A DNA stretch of 64,000 bases from the human T2T-CHM13v2.0 reference genome, Homo sapiens (GCF_009914755.1 NC_060943.1), one strand, 5' to 3'; positions 29,790-45,839 are shown, numbered from the stretch's first letter. Notes: generated by a model not told the origin, from the letters alone. Program-made: numbers and translations.

Positions 29790-30445
29790 CCAGCTGAGCA
29801 CGGTGGCTCACACCTGTAATCCCAGCACTTTGGGAGGCCAAGGCAGGCAGATCACCTGAGATCAGGAGTTCGAGACCAGCCTGGCCAACATGGTGAAACC
29901 CCATCTCTACTAAAAATACAAAAATTAGCCGGGCGTGCTGGCGCGTGCCAGTAATCCCAGCTACTGGGGAGGCTGGGGCAGGAGAATAGGGTCGACTCAG
30001 AAGGCAGAGGTTGCAGTGAGCCAAGATCGTACCAATGCTCTTCGGCCTGAGTGACAGAGCGAGACTTTGTCTTAAAACAAACAAATGAAAAACCAAAAAA
30101 CAAATATTCGAGCCCCAAAGTGAGGCCTCAAACCCACTCCTTGGATTTCCTTTTTCTTTTTTTTTGGGACAGGGTCTTGCTCTGTCACCCAGCCTGGGGT
30201 GCAGTACGGCCATCATAGCTCACTGCTGCAGCCCCAGACTCCTGGGCCCAAGGAATCCTCCTGCCTCGGCCTCCCAAGTAGCTGGGACTGCAGGAGCACC
30301 ACCACGCTCAGCTAATTTTTTGATATTTTGTAGAGATGGGGTCTTGCTATGTTGCCCAGGCTGGTCTCAAACTCCTGGGCTCAAGCAATCCTCCCGCCTC
30401 GGCCTCCCACAGTGCTAGATTACAGGTGTGGACCACTACGCCCAA
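29790..30445. mobile_element. Tail-to-tail inverted Alu pair in intron 9
   Basis: + Alu ~29790-30100, - Alu ~30150-30445. Confidence 0.88.
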
Positions 30446-30603
30446 CTCACTCTAGATTTTCAAGGCGACCAAACACCTTCCCTTTAGGGCTCAAGAAGGG
30501 GCAGCCAAGCAAGAGCTTTCCAGGTTGAGGAAGCCCCGAGAGCTGCTGGTGCGGCTGTTTCCACGGGCAAGCGCCTCTGTGCATGGGTGTCCTGGGGGCG
30601 CCC

Positions 30604-30736
30604 ATCCACCTGTGGGACTGCAGACCCAGGCGCCCACCTGTGGGGCTGCAGACCCGGGCGCCCACCTGTGGGACTGCAGACCCGGGGCGTCCACCTGTAG
30701 GACTGCAGACCCGGGCACCCACCTGTAGGACTGCAG
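30604..30736. repeat. 28-29 bp tandem repeat x5 spanning the exon 9 donor
   Basis: ccacctgt(a/g)ggactgcagacccggg.. units. Confidence 0.9.
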
Positions 30737-30806
30737 GATGTCGATGATGCCAATGTGCAGCAGCAGCCGCTCCCCGCGGCCGTTCACAGCGGGGATCCCG
30801 CCCATC
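30723..30806 (-). CDS. PIP5K1C: PIP5K1C exon 9 ([28 protein letters not shown])
   Basis: ccccAG acceptor, CAG|GTGGGT donor, 84 nt; catalytic GIIDILQ motif. Confidence 0.96.
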
Positions 30807-31136
30807 CTGGGGAGAGAGGCCGAGGGTACCATCAGCATCCCGCAGAGCTGGGACTCGGGGCAGGCGGGGCTGGGGACTCCAGGGCTAGGGAGTCCATCTG
30901 CTCCTGTGGGTGGCAACTTGGCCAAGCTCTCGGAGTGGGGCCTGGCACCCGGGAACCTCTGTCCTGACATCCCTCCATCACCCCCAGCCTCAAACCCAGG
31001 CCCAGGCACTGCTGAGGAGTCCCAGCTAGGAGGCCTGGGCACATACCCCCTACACACACGTGTGCCTGGACACACACATGCACACACACGCACACTGCAT
31101 GCCCAGGTAGGGCCACGGGGTCTCAGGTACAGACTG

Positions 31137-32288
31137 GGGAGTTAATTGTCACCCGGCACCATGCCCACACGTCCCCTGCCCAGCGCGGGAGTTAACTGTC
31201 ACCCGGCACCATGCCCACACGTCCCCTGCCCAGCGCGGGAGTTAACTGTCACCCGGCACCATGCCCACACGTCCCCTGCCCAGCGCGGGAGTTAACTGTC
31301 ACCCGGCACCATGCCCACACGTCCCCTGCCCAGCGCGGGAGTTAACTGTCACCCGGCACCATGCCCACACGTCCCCTGCCCAGCGCGGGAGTTAACTGTC
31401 ACCCGGCACCATGCCCACACGTCCCCTGCCCAGCGCGGGAGTTAACTGTCACCCGGCACCATGCCCACACGTCCCCTGCCCAGCGCGGGAGTTAACTGTC
31501 ACCCGGCACCATGCCCACACGTCCCCTGCCCAGCGCGGGAGTTAACTGTCACCCGGCACCGTGCCCACACGTCCCCTGCCCAGCGCGGGAGTTAACTGTC
31601 ACCCGGCACCGTGCCCACACGTCCCCTGCCCAGCGCGGGAGTTAACTGTCACCCGGCACCGTGCCCACACGTCCCCTGCCCAGCGCGGGAGTTAACTGTC
31701 ACCCGGCACCGTGCCCACACGTCCCCTGCCCAGCGCGGGAGTTAACTGTCACCCGGCACCGTGCCCACACGTCCCCTGCCCAGCGCGGGAGTTAACTGTC
31801 ACCCGGCACCGTGCCCACACGTCCCCTGCCCAGCGCGGGAGTTAACTGTCACCCGGCACCGTGCCCACACGTCCCCTGCCCAGCGCGGGAGTTAACTGTC
31901 ACCCGGCACCGTGCCCACACGTCCCCTGCCCAGCGCGGGAGTTAACTGTCACCCGGCACCGTGCCCACACGTCCCCTGCCCAGCGCGGGAGTTAACTGTC
32001 ACCCGGCACCGTGCCCACACGTCCCCTGCCCAGCGCGGGAGTTAACTGTCACCCGGCACCGTGCCCACACGTCCCCTGCCCAGCGCGGGAGTTAACTGTC
32101 ACCCGGCACCGTGCCCACACGTCCCCTGCCCAGCGCGGGAGTTAACTGTCACCCGGCACCGTGCCCACACGTCCCCTGCCCAGCGCGGGAGTTAACTGTC
32201 ACCCGGCACCGTGCCCACACGTCCCCTGCCCAGCGCGGGAGTTAACTGTCACCCGGCACCGTGCCCACACGTCCCCTGCCCAGCGCGG
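31137..32288. repeat. 50-bp minisatellite, 23 copies, PIP5K1C intron 8
   Basis: Unit gttaactgtcacccggcacc(a/g)tgcccacacgtcccctgcccagcgcggga counted at 31141+50k up to 32241. Confidence 0.97.
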
Positions 32289-32844
32289 TTAGTGAGGCCA
32301 CACGTGCAGCAGTCATCCTGAAGCCACCGGGACCCAGACCCGCTGGGCTGGCGCCCTGCACGCTCTGCTCACGCCACAGGCTGGTACGCTCACCTGCTCC
32401 CCCGCCAGGCCAGCGAAGACCCTACAAACGCCAGGATGGTCTGAGGGGGAGCTGTGCCTGGCCTTGGCTCCCGCACCCCCCCGCAGCTACACCCTGGTTG
32501 GGGCCCCGGCTCCTCCTCTGCCATCCATGGGAAATACCACCACCGCTGCAAACCAAAGCCCAGCTGGTGGCCTAGTGCCAGCCAGTGCCAGCCAGCACCG
32601 TCCCTGGGGCCAGGCCAGGTGGAACTTGGCTCCACACCTTCGTGGCTGCACTGGGGAAGGCTGCCCCCCAACCTAGGAGCCTATTTCCTCAGCTGGAAAC
32701 AGGGGAAGCCCACCTCCCTCCTCCAAGGCCGCTGTGAAGACTGAACAGGTACCAAAGTGAAGGCTCGGGCCTGCCCCCACTGTCAGGGTGCTGCTGTGAC
32801 CAGGGCACAATCTCAGCACTGCTATACGACACCTGTCTATCCCG

Positions 32845-33003
32845 CATCCGGGGCCATGTCTGGGGACATCTGTGGTTGTCACAACTGGGGGGTGCTCCTG
32901 GCCCGGAGTGGGTGGAGGCCCGGGACGCTGCTCAGCACCCTGCAGTGCCCAGGACAGCCCCACCCCAGAGAATGACCCAGCCCTCACATCCAGTGTCCCA
33001 GGA
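32845..33003 (+). mobile_element. MER20-like DNA transposon (partial)
   Basis: atgtctggggacatctgtggttgtcacaactggggggtgctcctggc. Confidence 0.78.
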
Positions 33004-33157
33004 GAGCTCTGTGAGTATCTCCCCAGCCAAACCCTGAGCCCTGTGAGGGCAGGGCCTGCCTGGTCCCTCTGCCCCTGGTGTCCAGCAGACATGACTGCAG
33101 GCCACTGAGATGTGGCCTCCTCTCTCCACCACCGTTCCTATCTTCTGTGGCAGCCAC

Positions 33158-33755
<598 letters not shown>

Positions 33756-34226
33756 CAGCAGCTGCTTTGATCTGTGTGGAATCGGATTTTGCAGTCCCTC
33801 TGCTTCGTGGGCTGTGTCCTGCTGTGAGCCCTGCCTCGCCCGATCCCTCTGGCCTCCCATGCGCCTTCCACACCTTTGTGGCCCCTCTCTGCACGGGTGG
33901 CGTGTAGACCCCTCTGAGTGCCACCGGGAAACGCTATCTCTCTCTCATTCCTGTGGATGGCCAGTGGCCTCGGCCCAGTCACGGGTGAATGGGAAACGCC
34001 CCCACCATTGCAAGCCAAGGCCCGGAACCCTGCACTCAGCCTGCGGCCCGCACTACGGCCTGGCTTCGCTCTGAGGCGCTGGCACAAGGCTCCCAGACTC
34101 TGTCTGTCACCCACGCATGCCCTCGCCAGCCCTCCCTGCCTGTTTTCACACTTGGGACGGGGATGGGGAACTGGAGCCTGTGGGGAAGGGAAGCGGGACG
34201 GGTCCGGCGGCCCCCCGCCCACCTAC

Positions 34227-34432
34227 GTGTCATCCGATTCGATGGCCTCCCCGCGCGCGGCGCCACCCTGGATGGACTCCATGGCCGTGGAGTAGAGCGC
34301 CTTCTGGCCCACAGGCCGCTTCTCATCTGAGGTGCTCTGGGCGCCCTGCGCCTGCCGCTCGCGCTCGTGCTGGTCGATGTTGTGCACGCCCAGCAGCAGG
34401 CTGTAGTCCATGATCTTGAAACTTTCCAGGAC
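34227..34432 (-). CDS. PIP5K1C: PIP5K1C exon 8 ([15 protein letters not shown]...AIESDDT)
   Basis: cgccAG acceptor, CAC|GTAGGT donor, 206 nt; catalytic MDYSL motif. Confidence 0.96.
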
Positions 34433-35690
34433 CTGGCGGGATCGGGCAGGAACACGCCACGCCGTCAGCCGTCTCTATCCCCCACAACGGCTCCCGGACC
34501 CTATGGGGTTCCCAGCACGGATGGCCCCGTGGGCTCGGGTGTGAGAGATGGAGTCCCACGGCCAGGCAGGAGTGGGGGTTCTAGTGTTATCCTGAGGAAC
34601 AGAGGGGCTGCGGTCACACAGCGGCATCAGAGCAGGCCAGAGAATGGGGGCTTCCAGCCTCACAGCAGGCTGCCCCGGGCACTGAGACAGGGACTTCCCT
34701 TCCTGGCTTTACTCCTTCCTGAGAGACAGGGAGCCGGGCCTATGCTCTGACCAGCCCAGGCCCATGGGCAAGGACGTGCCCGGCCTGACAGGTGACACCC
34801 AGGTGGGTGGATACCCAGGGTAGCCTCAAGGCCCCTGAGTGGTCTGGGCGGTTTTCTGGGGGTATGGGTCAAGTTCTCAAAGGGGTCGGGGAGCTGGGGA
34901 TGGTCAGCAGCGGGGCCTGGGTGGAGTTGGGGAGCTGGGAGGTCCCAGGCTCTGCTCCTGACAGGCTGGGGCCTCCCCTCCTTGGCTCCATGCCTCGAAG
35001 CTGCCGGGGTGGGACGGGGACGACGGAGCTAACCCAGGCAGAGGAAGAGCCGTGCACATCATTCTTTCGCTAACACGGAGCCGACGCAGGCTCCACGGGG
35101 ACAGGAGCCAGACCCTCACTGGACGCACATGGGCCCTCACTGTGGCCTGCAGAGCAAGCAGTCATCCCATTTGATGGGTGAGGAAACTGAGGCACAGCAA
35201 GCTCTCATGGCTGGCTGGGAGCTCTGGGCTTGTGACCACAGCATCTGAAGGCTGGGCTCTTCTCTGGGGGGTGGGGGGACTCTACCACTGTCATCGTGTA
35301 ACCTCCAGAGGAACCACTTCTCAGCAGTGCAGACACTCCCGACCCCCAAGGGCTGGGTCTGGGGACATGTTATAAGTGTTTTGTTTTCTTTGTGAGATGG
35401 GGTCTCACAATGTTGCCCCTGCTGGTCTTGAAACCCTGGGCTCAAGCCATCTGCCTGCCTCCCAAAGAGCTGGGATCCCAGGCGTGAGCCACTGTGTCCG
35501 GCCACATTTTAGGTTAAGGCCATAAAAGCTTGAGCGCTTCTGGATCCCACACTGGGGTGGGGCCTGCTGTAGGCTGCAGGGCAGGTGGGCCTCGGCCTGG
35601 CACCCTCCCTGGCCCTGCCTGCCCAGGCCGAGCCCTCACCACGCAGTCCCACCTGCCACCCTCCCTCCCCGGCCGGGGCCGAGCCCTCAC

Positions 35691-35990
35691 CAGGCAGTCC
35701 CGCTGCAGCGTCTTGACCAGGGCGCTGAAGGTGTCGGCGTCCAGCAGGAGCCCCTCGGGCATGTCCTGCATGAAGTCCAGGTCCTTGTAGGTGGGGAAGC
35801 TCTTCTCCTTCTCCTTCTTGCTGGCGCGCCGCTTGTAGGTGGAGCCCTTGAGGTCGAACTTGAGGTGCATCTTGACCACGCGGGGCAGGATGTTGTTCAT
35901 GACCACGACGCGGATGTTCTTGCCCCCTGACTGCACGCAGTACAGCCCATAGAACTTGGGCAGCAGCGTCCGCGGGTTCTGGTTGAGGTT
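35691..35990 (-). CDS. PIP5K1C: PIP5K1C exon 7 ([15 protein letters not shown]...KFDLKGS...LQRDCL)
   Basis: ggcAG acceptor, CTG|GTGAGG donor, 300 nt; DLKGS motif with Asp253 codon intact at 35855-35853. Confidence 0.97.
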
Positions 35991-36831
35991 CTGCCGGGGG
36001 AAGAGGGCAAGTCGTGGAGGGCGGCTGGGCCACAGACTCACGGGGGCGGGCAAAGCAGGCCTCTGCCTCAGGGGGCTCATGGATGCCCCTGGCCAGCCCC
36101 CCTCTCTCCCCAGAAGCCCTCGGGGACCCCGTTCCTATGCAGGCACCCAGCTGGCCTTCCCACGGCACCCTGACTCTCATGGGCCACAACTGTGAGCTCC
36201 AGGAGGGTCTGTTTCTACAGAGCCAGGCCCCAAGGCAGGCGCTTCTGTTCCAGCAGAAGCTTCCACACTCCCTGCCTGCCCACAGACATCGCCCTGGCTG
36301 GGCTCGCCTGTTGGGAGGTCTGGAGGCCGGAAACGCAATGCTGTATCCTAAAATACATACATGTATGTATATGCACACACAAACACATACACACACACGC
36401 ACACACACATGTATTTTCTTGAGACAGGGTCTCGCTCTGTCGCCCAGGCTGGAGTGCAACGGTGCGATCACAGCTCACTGCAGCCTCCACCTCCAGGGCT
36501 CAAACCATCCTCCCACCTCAGCCTCCGAAAGTGCCAGGACTCCAGGCGTGAGCCCAGCCTCTATGTTGGTTATGCTTTGCCTGTGTTGAACTGATCAACT
36601 CAGACTTTCACTCCAAATCTGGGTCCCCAGGCGCAGTGACGAGTCTGGGTCCTGCTGTACCCTGTAGACCCCAAGCAGGCACTGGGTGACTCAGGGGCAC
36701 CCAAGTGAAGCAACAGCGCCCCCTGCCCAGAGCCTCTCAATGACGAACCCAGTGGGAAGCTGCCCAGGTGTCGGGGCTGAGACAGACCCACAGGGAGAGG
36801 AGTGAGGGGCGCGGACTCAGGCACCAGCCTG

Positions 36832-38073
<1,242 letters not shown>

Positions 38074-38806
38074 ATCTAAGGAGCCCGGGCCCCTCGCTAA
38101 GCATCACAGAGAGTGGATGGAGGAGGCCTCAAGGGAAACTGAGTCACAGGCTGTGCTGTGCTGCCCAGGGCCGGGCAGCAGCTTGGGCCTGGCAACATGG
38201 AAGGCGCCCACCTCGTCTGGGCGAGTACCGGAATCCCAGGCCCAGGAACACTGTGGCAGCCGCCGGCTCCTACTCCTACTCCCCCCTCCCGGGGCCTGAC
38301 GCACCCTTTCTGTGAGTCATGCGGGATGAGGGGTGGGCCGGATGGAGCTGCCTCACGCCTGCCTGAGCAGCTGGTCTTTTGTGGGGTACCATCTGGTGGC
38401 CCATCCCCCTCCTCTCTGGAACCCTCTGAGTCACCCTTGGGCCCCTTGGGCCTCCGTGGCAGCTGACAGATGCTGCCCGCAGGCTGCTGGTTCTGGGGCC
38501 CACGGCTCATAGGGGGTGTTGGCAAGGTGGGGATGGGGAGCCAGGCAGGGGCCGGTGCCCACCCAGCCCTGCCCGGGGACGGCCCCCAAGGCGTGTGGCC
38601 ACAGGAGGAAGAGAGGGCGGCTCCTGAACACTGGTGCTGGTGAAGCCTGACGGGGGACCCCCGAGGGTGAGTCCCCGGGACCCAAGATGCCTCTCACCAC
38701 GCCCCAAGGATGCCTGCTTGCCCAAGCCTTGCAGACATCTGCTCCCGCCAGCCGGGAGAAGGGGGTTGACCGAGGAGCCATCTGCCCCGCAGGGCGGGCC
38801 ACGCAC

Positions 38807-38959
38807 CATGTAGTAGCCAGGGAGCAGCTTCTGCAGGAACTCGGCCTCCTTGTGCATGACGGTCTTGATGATGAACTCGTCGTCGCTGGTGACGTAGAAG
38901 AGGGAGCCACTGGCGCCCGGGTTGGACAGCTCGATCAGCGGCTCATTGCACAGGGAGTA
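38807..38959 (-). CDS. PIP5K1C: PIP5K1C exon 6 ([19 protein letters not shown]...FIIKT...PGYYM)
   Basis: ttccAG acceptor, ATG|GTGCGT donor, 153 nt; G-loop PGASGS and IIK motif. Confidence 0.97.
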
Positions 38960-40043
38960 CTGGAAGCAGAGGAGGCGGGTCAGCGGGCCCCAAGCTGCCG
39001 GACACACAGACAGCACTGGCTTCCGGTCTGCCCAACAGCCCCAGGAACTGATGACAGGTCGCTGCATTTTACAGATGCGGAAAGAGAGGCTCAGAGAGGG
39101 CGAGAGACTTGCCTGAGGCTAGCCAGCAAGGACTGGAGCCTGAGGCCGAGCTGACTCTGCAGCCCGAGGGCTGGTCTGCTAGGGCGCACTCCCCAGGCTG
39201 CCTGCTGCTCTCCTTAGGAGCGGACACCTGATCGCACCGGGGTGCTGACGCGCGTGGCTAAAAGGTGCTCCCAGCACCCCTGAAGCTGGGTGGGGCCACA
39301 ACGCTAGCTCTGCCCCATGAGTCATAAGCAGAAGCTGTCAGGTGGAACTCAGGGAAGGCTCCACAGATGGGCGACAGGCAGCTGGCATACCTGCGTATTT
39401 GCCCTTCTCTCCTTCCCACCTATTTCCCTCCTGAGATGCTGATGTGATGGCTGGAACCTCAGCAGCCACACTGGACTAGAAGGTAAGCTCTGGGATGGAA
39501 GCTGCATCTCTGATGGGCAGGCCCCACTCTGGCCCCTGGCACCCCACAGTCCAAGCCCTTCCTCCCCACTTCTCTGCCCCTTTTTCTCAGCCCCTGCTGT
39601 TTGTTTCATGATGTGCTCGCTGTCTCTCTGCCCCCACGCCCTCTCCTGGACATTAGGCAGAAGGTCCGTGCAGGTGGAAGTTTTTTTGTGTCACTGACTC
39701 GACAGGTGCTCGATTTGCTAAGGACTAGAATGAAGATGAGACCCACGGGTGCTACCCTGCGTCTTCCGGGTATGGAACCAATGAAGTGTGCATGGGGCTA
39801 AGGCCATCTGTGTCACGCCCTTTAAAATCCTAACTGGTCGCCATTGGTGTACACGGATGAGGTCAGAGCCAGCTCCCCATCAGCGGAGCAAGCCAGGCCC
39901 CCCAGGGTCAACGCTGGGTCCGTATCTGCTGGACGACAGAAGGGTGGTCTCCGAGTGCTGCGTGCCGCCTCCAATGCTGCTGTGATAAACAGGTGGGGGG
40001 TGTCCACGAGAGTCAGGAGTGGTGGCGAGCAGAAGCGAGGGGA

Positions 40044-40480
<437 letters not shown>

Positions 40481-42459
40481 TCACATCAGGCCCAGGGCCT
40501 GGGAATGCCCCAGTCCCTCCTTGGGCTCAAGTCACCACCCCCGCCCTGCACTGCCCGAGGTGCTCTCGGGCCAGGGAACGGCGCCATCAGTTATCACACG
40601 TCGGTCAACACAGGCTGGATTTTGCGGAGTCAGCAACAGCCCTGCCAACCTTGGCAGCTCAGAACAGCGAGGGTCCTTCCTCCTGCATTCGCTGCTTCTG
40701 CCATGGCCTGGCTGGGAGTGATGGTGCAGGGTGAGAGAGCCGTGTGGGGTGGACTCTGAGGCTGGAGGGAGATCTGTCCAGGCCACTGCTGTCGCCCAGC
40801 CCAGCCATCTGCCTGCCTTTTTCTGCCCACAGCCACGAGCCACAAATATCCACAGGAAACACAGAGCCCACGCGGCTCCTCCGCCTTCCCCGCCACGGCA
40901 GGACGCCCTCCAGCCTCCCAGACACAGGCGCAGCAGCGCAGAGCGAAGGCGGGTCTCTCCTGGGGCTGGCGCCCTCCCTGGGAGGCCAGGGGACCCCGCC
41001 AAGCCCTGGGCCGCTGTCCTCAGGTCACCCGGAGCAGGGGACACCCCAAGCAGCCGGAGTGTCCCTCCGAGACACAAATCACTGCTGCCTGTCCACGGTG
41101 GCAGGAGGGGGAGGCCGATCTCACCTGCAGAGCGGAAAACACTGTGGAAAGGGCACGTTCGGCTTTGTACAAAGAACACCGATGACAGGGAAATTCTGAA
41201 GCCACATGACTAATGGCAGTTGCAGGGCTATGGCCTCCATGGGCCTCAGCTGCTACGGGGAAGCAGGCCCCATGCGTGGATTTCTGAGCCAGGCAGTGCC
41301 AGGACAACCCCCCACAGCCTCCTTCGTCGGTGCTGGGGCTCTCGGCAGCTGCGCCGCTGACCTTGGCCTCCTCTCCACCCTCTGCTGACCACTGGGCAGG
41401 GCTGAGCCCCACCCTGCATCCCACCTCCGCCTTCTCCTTCCTGGCTGTCCTGAGCTGTGGGCCTTGCTGGAGCTACCCCCCTTACCAGGGGGGACTGTGA
41501 CCTCAGCTGTCCAATCAGAGAAGCACCGGCAACCTCGAGTCCCCTCCGAACCCTACCTGTCCCCACTCAAGCTCAGGGGCCCTGTGGACAGCAACACGCA
41601 CACTAGCCCGTCCTCCCGCTGTGGCGCACGGCCACACTCACACCACAGCCTGGACAGAGGCTAGGGGGCTGCCGCCTGCTCAGCACCGGGGGCCCCCAAG
41701 AGAATTCTCACACTCCTGAGATGAGCAGAAGGATTCGGGGGTCACCAACACCGGGCTGGCTCCCCAGATGCTGTGGGTGCACACCTGGCCTAAGGCCCTG
41801 GAATGCGATCTTATCGGGTTCTAGGTGAGACCCAGATGGCCCCAGATCGGCTTTTATCCGTCCACTCCTGCTAATGGACACGGGTGCTGTCTCTCTGCTA
41901 CGAGCCAGGCTGCTGCCTTCTGTTCCTGGCCGCCTCACACGGTAGCGTCCAGGTCACCCGAGGGCCATTTCTAGGCAAAAACCCCAGCTGTGTTTTCACT
42001 CCCCACTGCCCTGCCAAGCTCAGGCAAACGCTGGGACACTGAAGTCCGGAGGCTGGGCCTTGGCGACACGACCCGGAGCATGGTGACTCCCGGGCACCTG
42101 AACAGGCTGGAGTTCTCGGGGCGGGGGAGGGGGGGGTGTCACACGTACCCCTGGCTGGAGCACATGCTAGTTCTCCCTGGAAGAGCGCAGCCTCGGGCGC
42201 TTCCTACAGACTGAGATAAACCAAACGCACGCACAGTCAGCAACCACCAAAGAAAGGCACAAGGAACCGACCACCGTGGGTGAGGGCAGGATCGGAGAAC
42301 CACAGGCTCCCGGCCCCGGGGACCGTGCTGTCGTGACAACCAGAACGCCAACCGCACTTGTCTACAGAGTTCCAGTCTTCCCTGATACAAAGTTCTCGGG
42401 ATGACCAGGCAGGCTTGGGAAAAGGCCACCCGGAGCTTTTAGAAGTGGTGATGGCGCAG

Positions 42460-42859
<400 letters not shown>

Positions 42860-43368
42860 TTAGGAGCCCGGATAATGGGCTGCTAGGTCAAAGGGGTTGG
42901 CCTAGATTTTGACTTTGCTAACCTGAAACAATAAAGCCATGGCTAGAGCTAGGAGGTCCGACTCTACGCTGGTCCCCAGTGGCACCCACGTCCCAGTGCC
43001 TTGTTCTAACCCTTAAGTCTGAAGATGGGTCAGTCACTTTGGCACCAGGCTGCAGAAGACTATACCAACTGTTTGGTGAGTGGACACCCTCGCCTGCTCT
43101 GATGACAAGGCCCACATGGTGAGGAATGGAGGCTCCCAGCCAACGCCAGCCAGGACGGAGTCCTGCAGCTGCCAGTGATGTGAGCTTGGAGGCCGATCTC
43201 TCCTGCTTTCCCGGTGAGTCTCACAGGAGACTCCGGCCCTGAACCTGACCATAACCCTACACGAGGAACCCAGGGAGGCTGCCCCCAAATGCCTGACCCA
43301 CAGACCCTCCGAGACCCTGAACATGTTCTGTTTCAAGCCTGGAAGCCCATAACAGCAAATATGCTTAC

Positions 43369-43486
43369 CAAGTAATCATCTGGCCGGATCCCAAAGAGCT
43401 CCCGGAAGTAGCGGAAGGCGACAGGTGCATAGGTCTTGAAGCGGAAGTCCTGGAAGTGGTGGGCGGGGGTGAGGTTGCTGCCTTCG
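43369..43486 (-). CDS. PIP5K1C: PIP5K1C exon 5 ([39 protein letters not shown])
   Basis: ccacAG acceptor, TTG|GTAAGC donor, 118 nt. Confidence 0.96.
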
Positions 43487-44272
43487 CTGTGGAGGAAGGA
43501 CGGGAGGAAACCTGTGAGGGGTGGTGGGCACCTCTCCCCCACCCCCGCCATGGTCCCTCCTAGTGCCTCTAGCAGCTGAGCCTCTAGCGGCTCAGCTCCA
43601 AGACTTCCTTGAAACGGCCCAATCCCACAAGCAACAGGGGGCTCCCGATGGGACTGTCCCCCAGTAACCACCCTCTCTTCTTTCATTAACAACGGGGCCC
43701 ACAGTGTTGGCCAGGCACATGGCGCCAAGAACAGGACCATGCCGCCCCAGCCTCTTGCAGCTAGGTGTGCTCACGTGACTGCACTCAGCCAATGACACGA
43801 GTGGAGCAGAAACACTGGTCATGTCCGAAAGGGAAGGGCTGTTGTTCTCCTTCTGTTGCCTCCTGTGGCTGGAATGCAGCCGTGATGGCAGGAGCTTTGG
43901 CAGCCACCTGGGACCACTGGTCACAGAGCTGTATATTGAGGATGGCGGTGTGGGGTGACCAGAAGGATCCCAGGACCCCAACACCATGGAACCTCCTGAC
44001 CAGCCCTGCACTGCCCACTGGTTATTTGTAGATTAGAAAAGAGCTAACTTCTATCTTTTCTTTTTCCTGTTCTTAAACTGCCTTTACATTGGGTCTCTGA
44101 TTCAGCAGCAAACAAACGTCCTGACGGACAGAGGGCCAGAGCTCAAGGCCAAGGAGGCGCCAGGAGGGGCCAGGTGCTGCTTTCAGCAGAGAAGGGCGCT
44201 CAGGACAGGCCACTCCGCCTCAGAGCCACGTGTGTGCTGGGTGAGCCCTGAGGCTCCGGGGGCCCGGCCCAC

Positions 44273-44403
44273 CTGGGGAAGAAGATGCTCTCCACCACGT
44301 AGAAGTCCTGCATGAGCACGTCGCGTTCGGGCTTGGAGCTCAGGTGGCCCACGGTGTAGCCGATGCCCAGCTGGATGGCACCCTTCAGGGTGGAGGAGGT
44401 GGT
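44273..44403 (-). CDS. PIP5K1C: PIP5K1C exon 4 ([15 protein letters not shown]...VESIFFPS)
   Basis: ctgcAG acceptor, CAG|GTGGGC donor, 131 nt. Confidence 0.96.
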
Positions 44404-44905
44404 CTGCAGGGAGACCAGAGTGTCAGGGCCCCCGGCTGCTCCCCACGCTGCCCTGCACCCCCTGTGTGCACCGGGGGGTGGAGATCGTGACCAGCTGCAG
44501 CTTGGGACCCGGCACCTGCCAACCCCCTCCTGGTGGTCCCCGGGGCTGCCTGTCCTGCGGCTGCTGAGCTGTCGACATCAGGCCGGGGGATGAAGCCACC
44601 CTCCCTCGGGCCACACAGCCAGGACAGGGCTCGGCTGCAACTGCCGCACCACGTCACTCAGCCCTCCCAGTCCTGTTGGCTAGCTAGGTTCTAAAGGTTC
44701 TCCCATTTTGAAACAGCTCCAACTTAGCAAAAGGGTCGATTCACTGTCAAGAGTTTGTTTTTAGGGGGTACCATTTACAGCGAGATGCCCAGATCACTTT
44801 CACATCTGCAGACGCAGGTTCCCGTTAGCTGCTTTCTATGTAACGCACGTGGTCACACTGGGCAACCCACATGGCCGCTATGTGCCTCAGTTTCCCTGCC
44901 TGTAG

Positions 44906-45567
<662 letters not shown>

Positions 45568-45839
45568 GGCTGCTGTTATTTTTGCCATTGGCATCGTTTG
45601 CATTATTCTCACTGTGTGCTCTCGCGCCATGTTCACTTTAGCCCTGGGAAGCCGGCTCATACCTCCGCTCTCTAATTCCGGTCTCCAGTGCTCCTGTCGC
45701 AGGTGCGAGGTGGCAGGGAGGGAGGTCGGGAGTTGGGAGTTGGTTTCTGCCACTGCCCAGTTTCGGCCTGTCTCCCTCCTAAGCCACACTCTGGGTGGTG
45801 GGGGGTCTGGCCTGTATGTTCACCTCCCCGAGATGCCAC

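Noticed and set aside
28838-29819. Long Gly/Arg/Glu-rich ORFs
   Set aside because: Derived from the intron 10 minisatellite and open in several frames
31137-32288. CRISPR-like array
   Set aside because: Head-to-tail identical units, no unique spacers, no cas genes; this is a eukaryotic minisatellite
35853-35855. Possible disease allele at Asp253 (D253N, lethal congenital contracture syndrome 3)
   Set aside because: The codon is GAC (Asp); no frameshift or premature stop is seen in any exon
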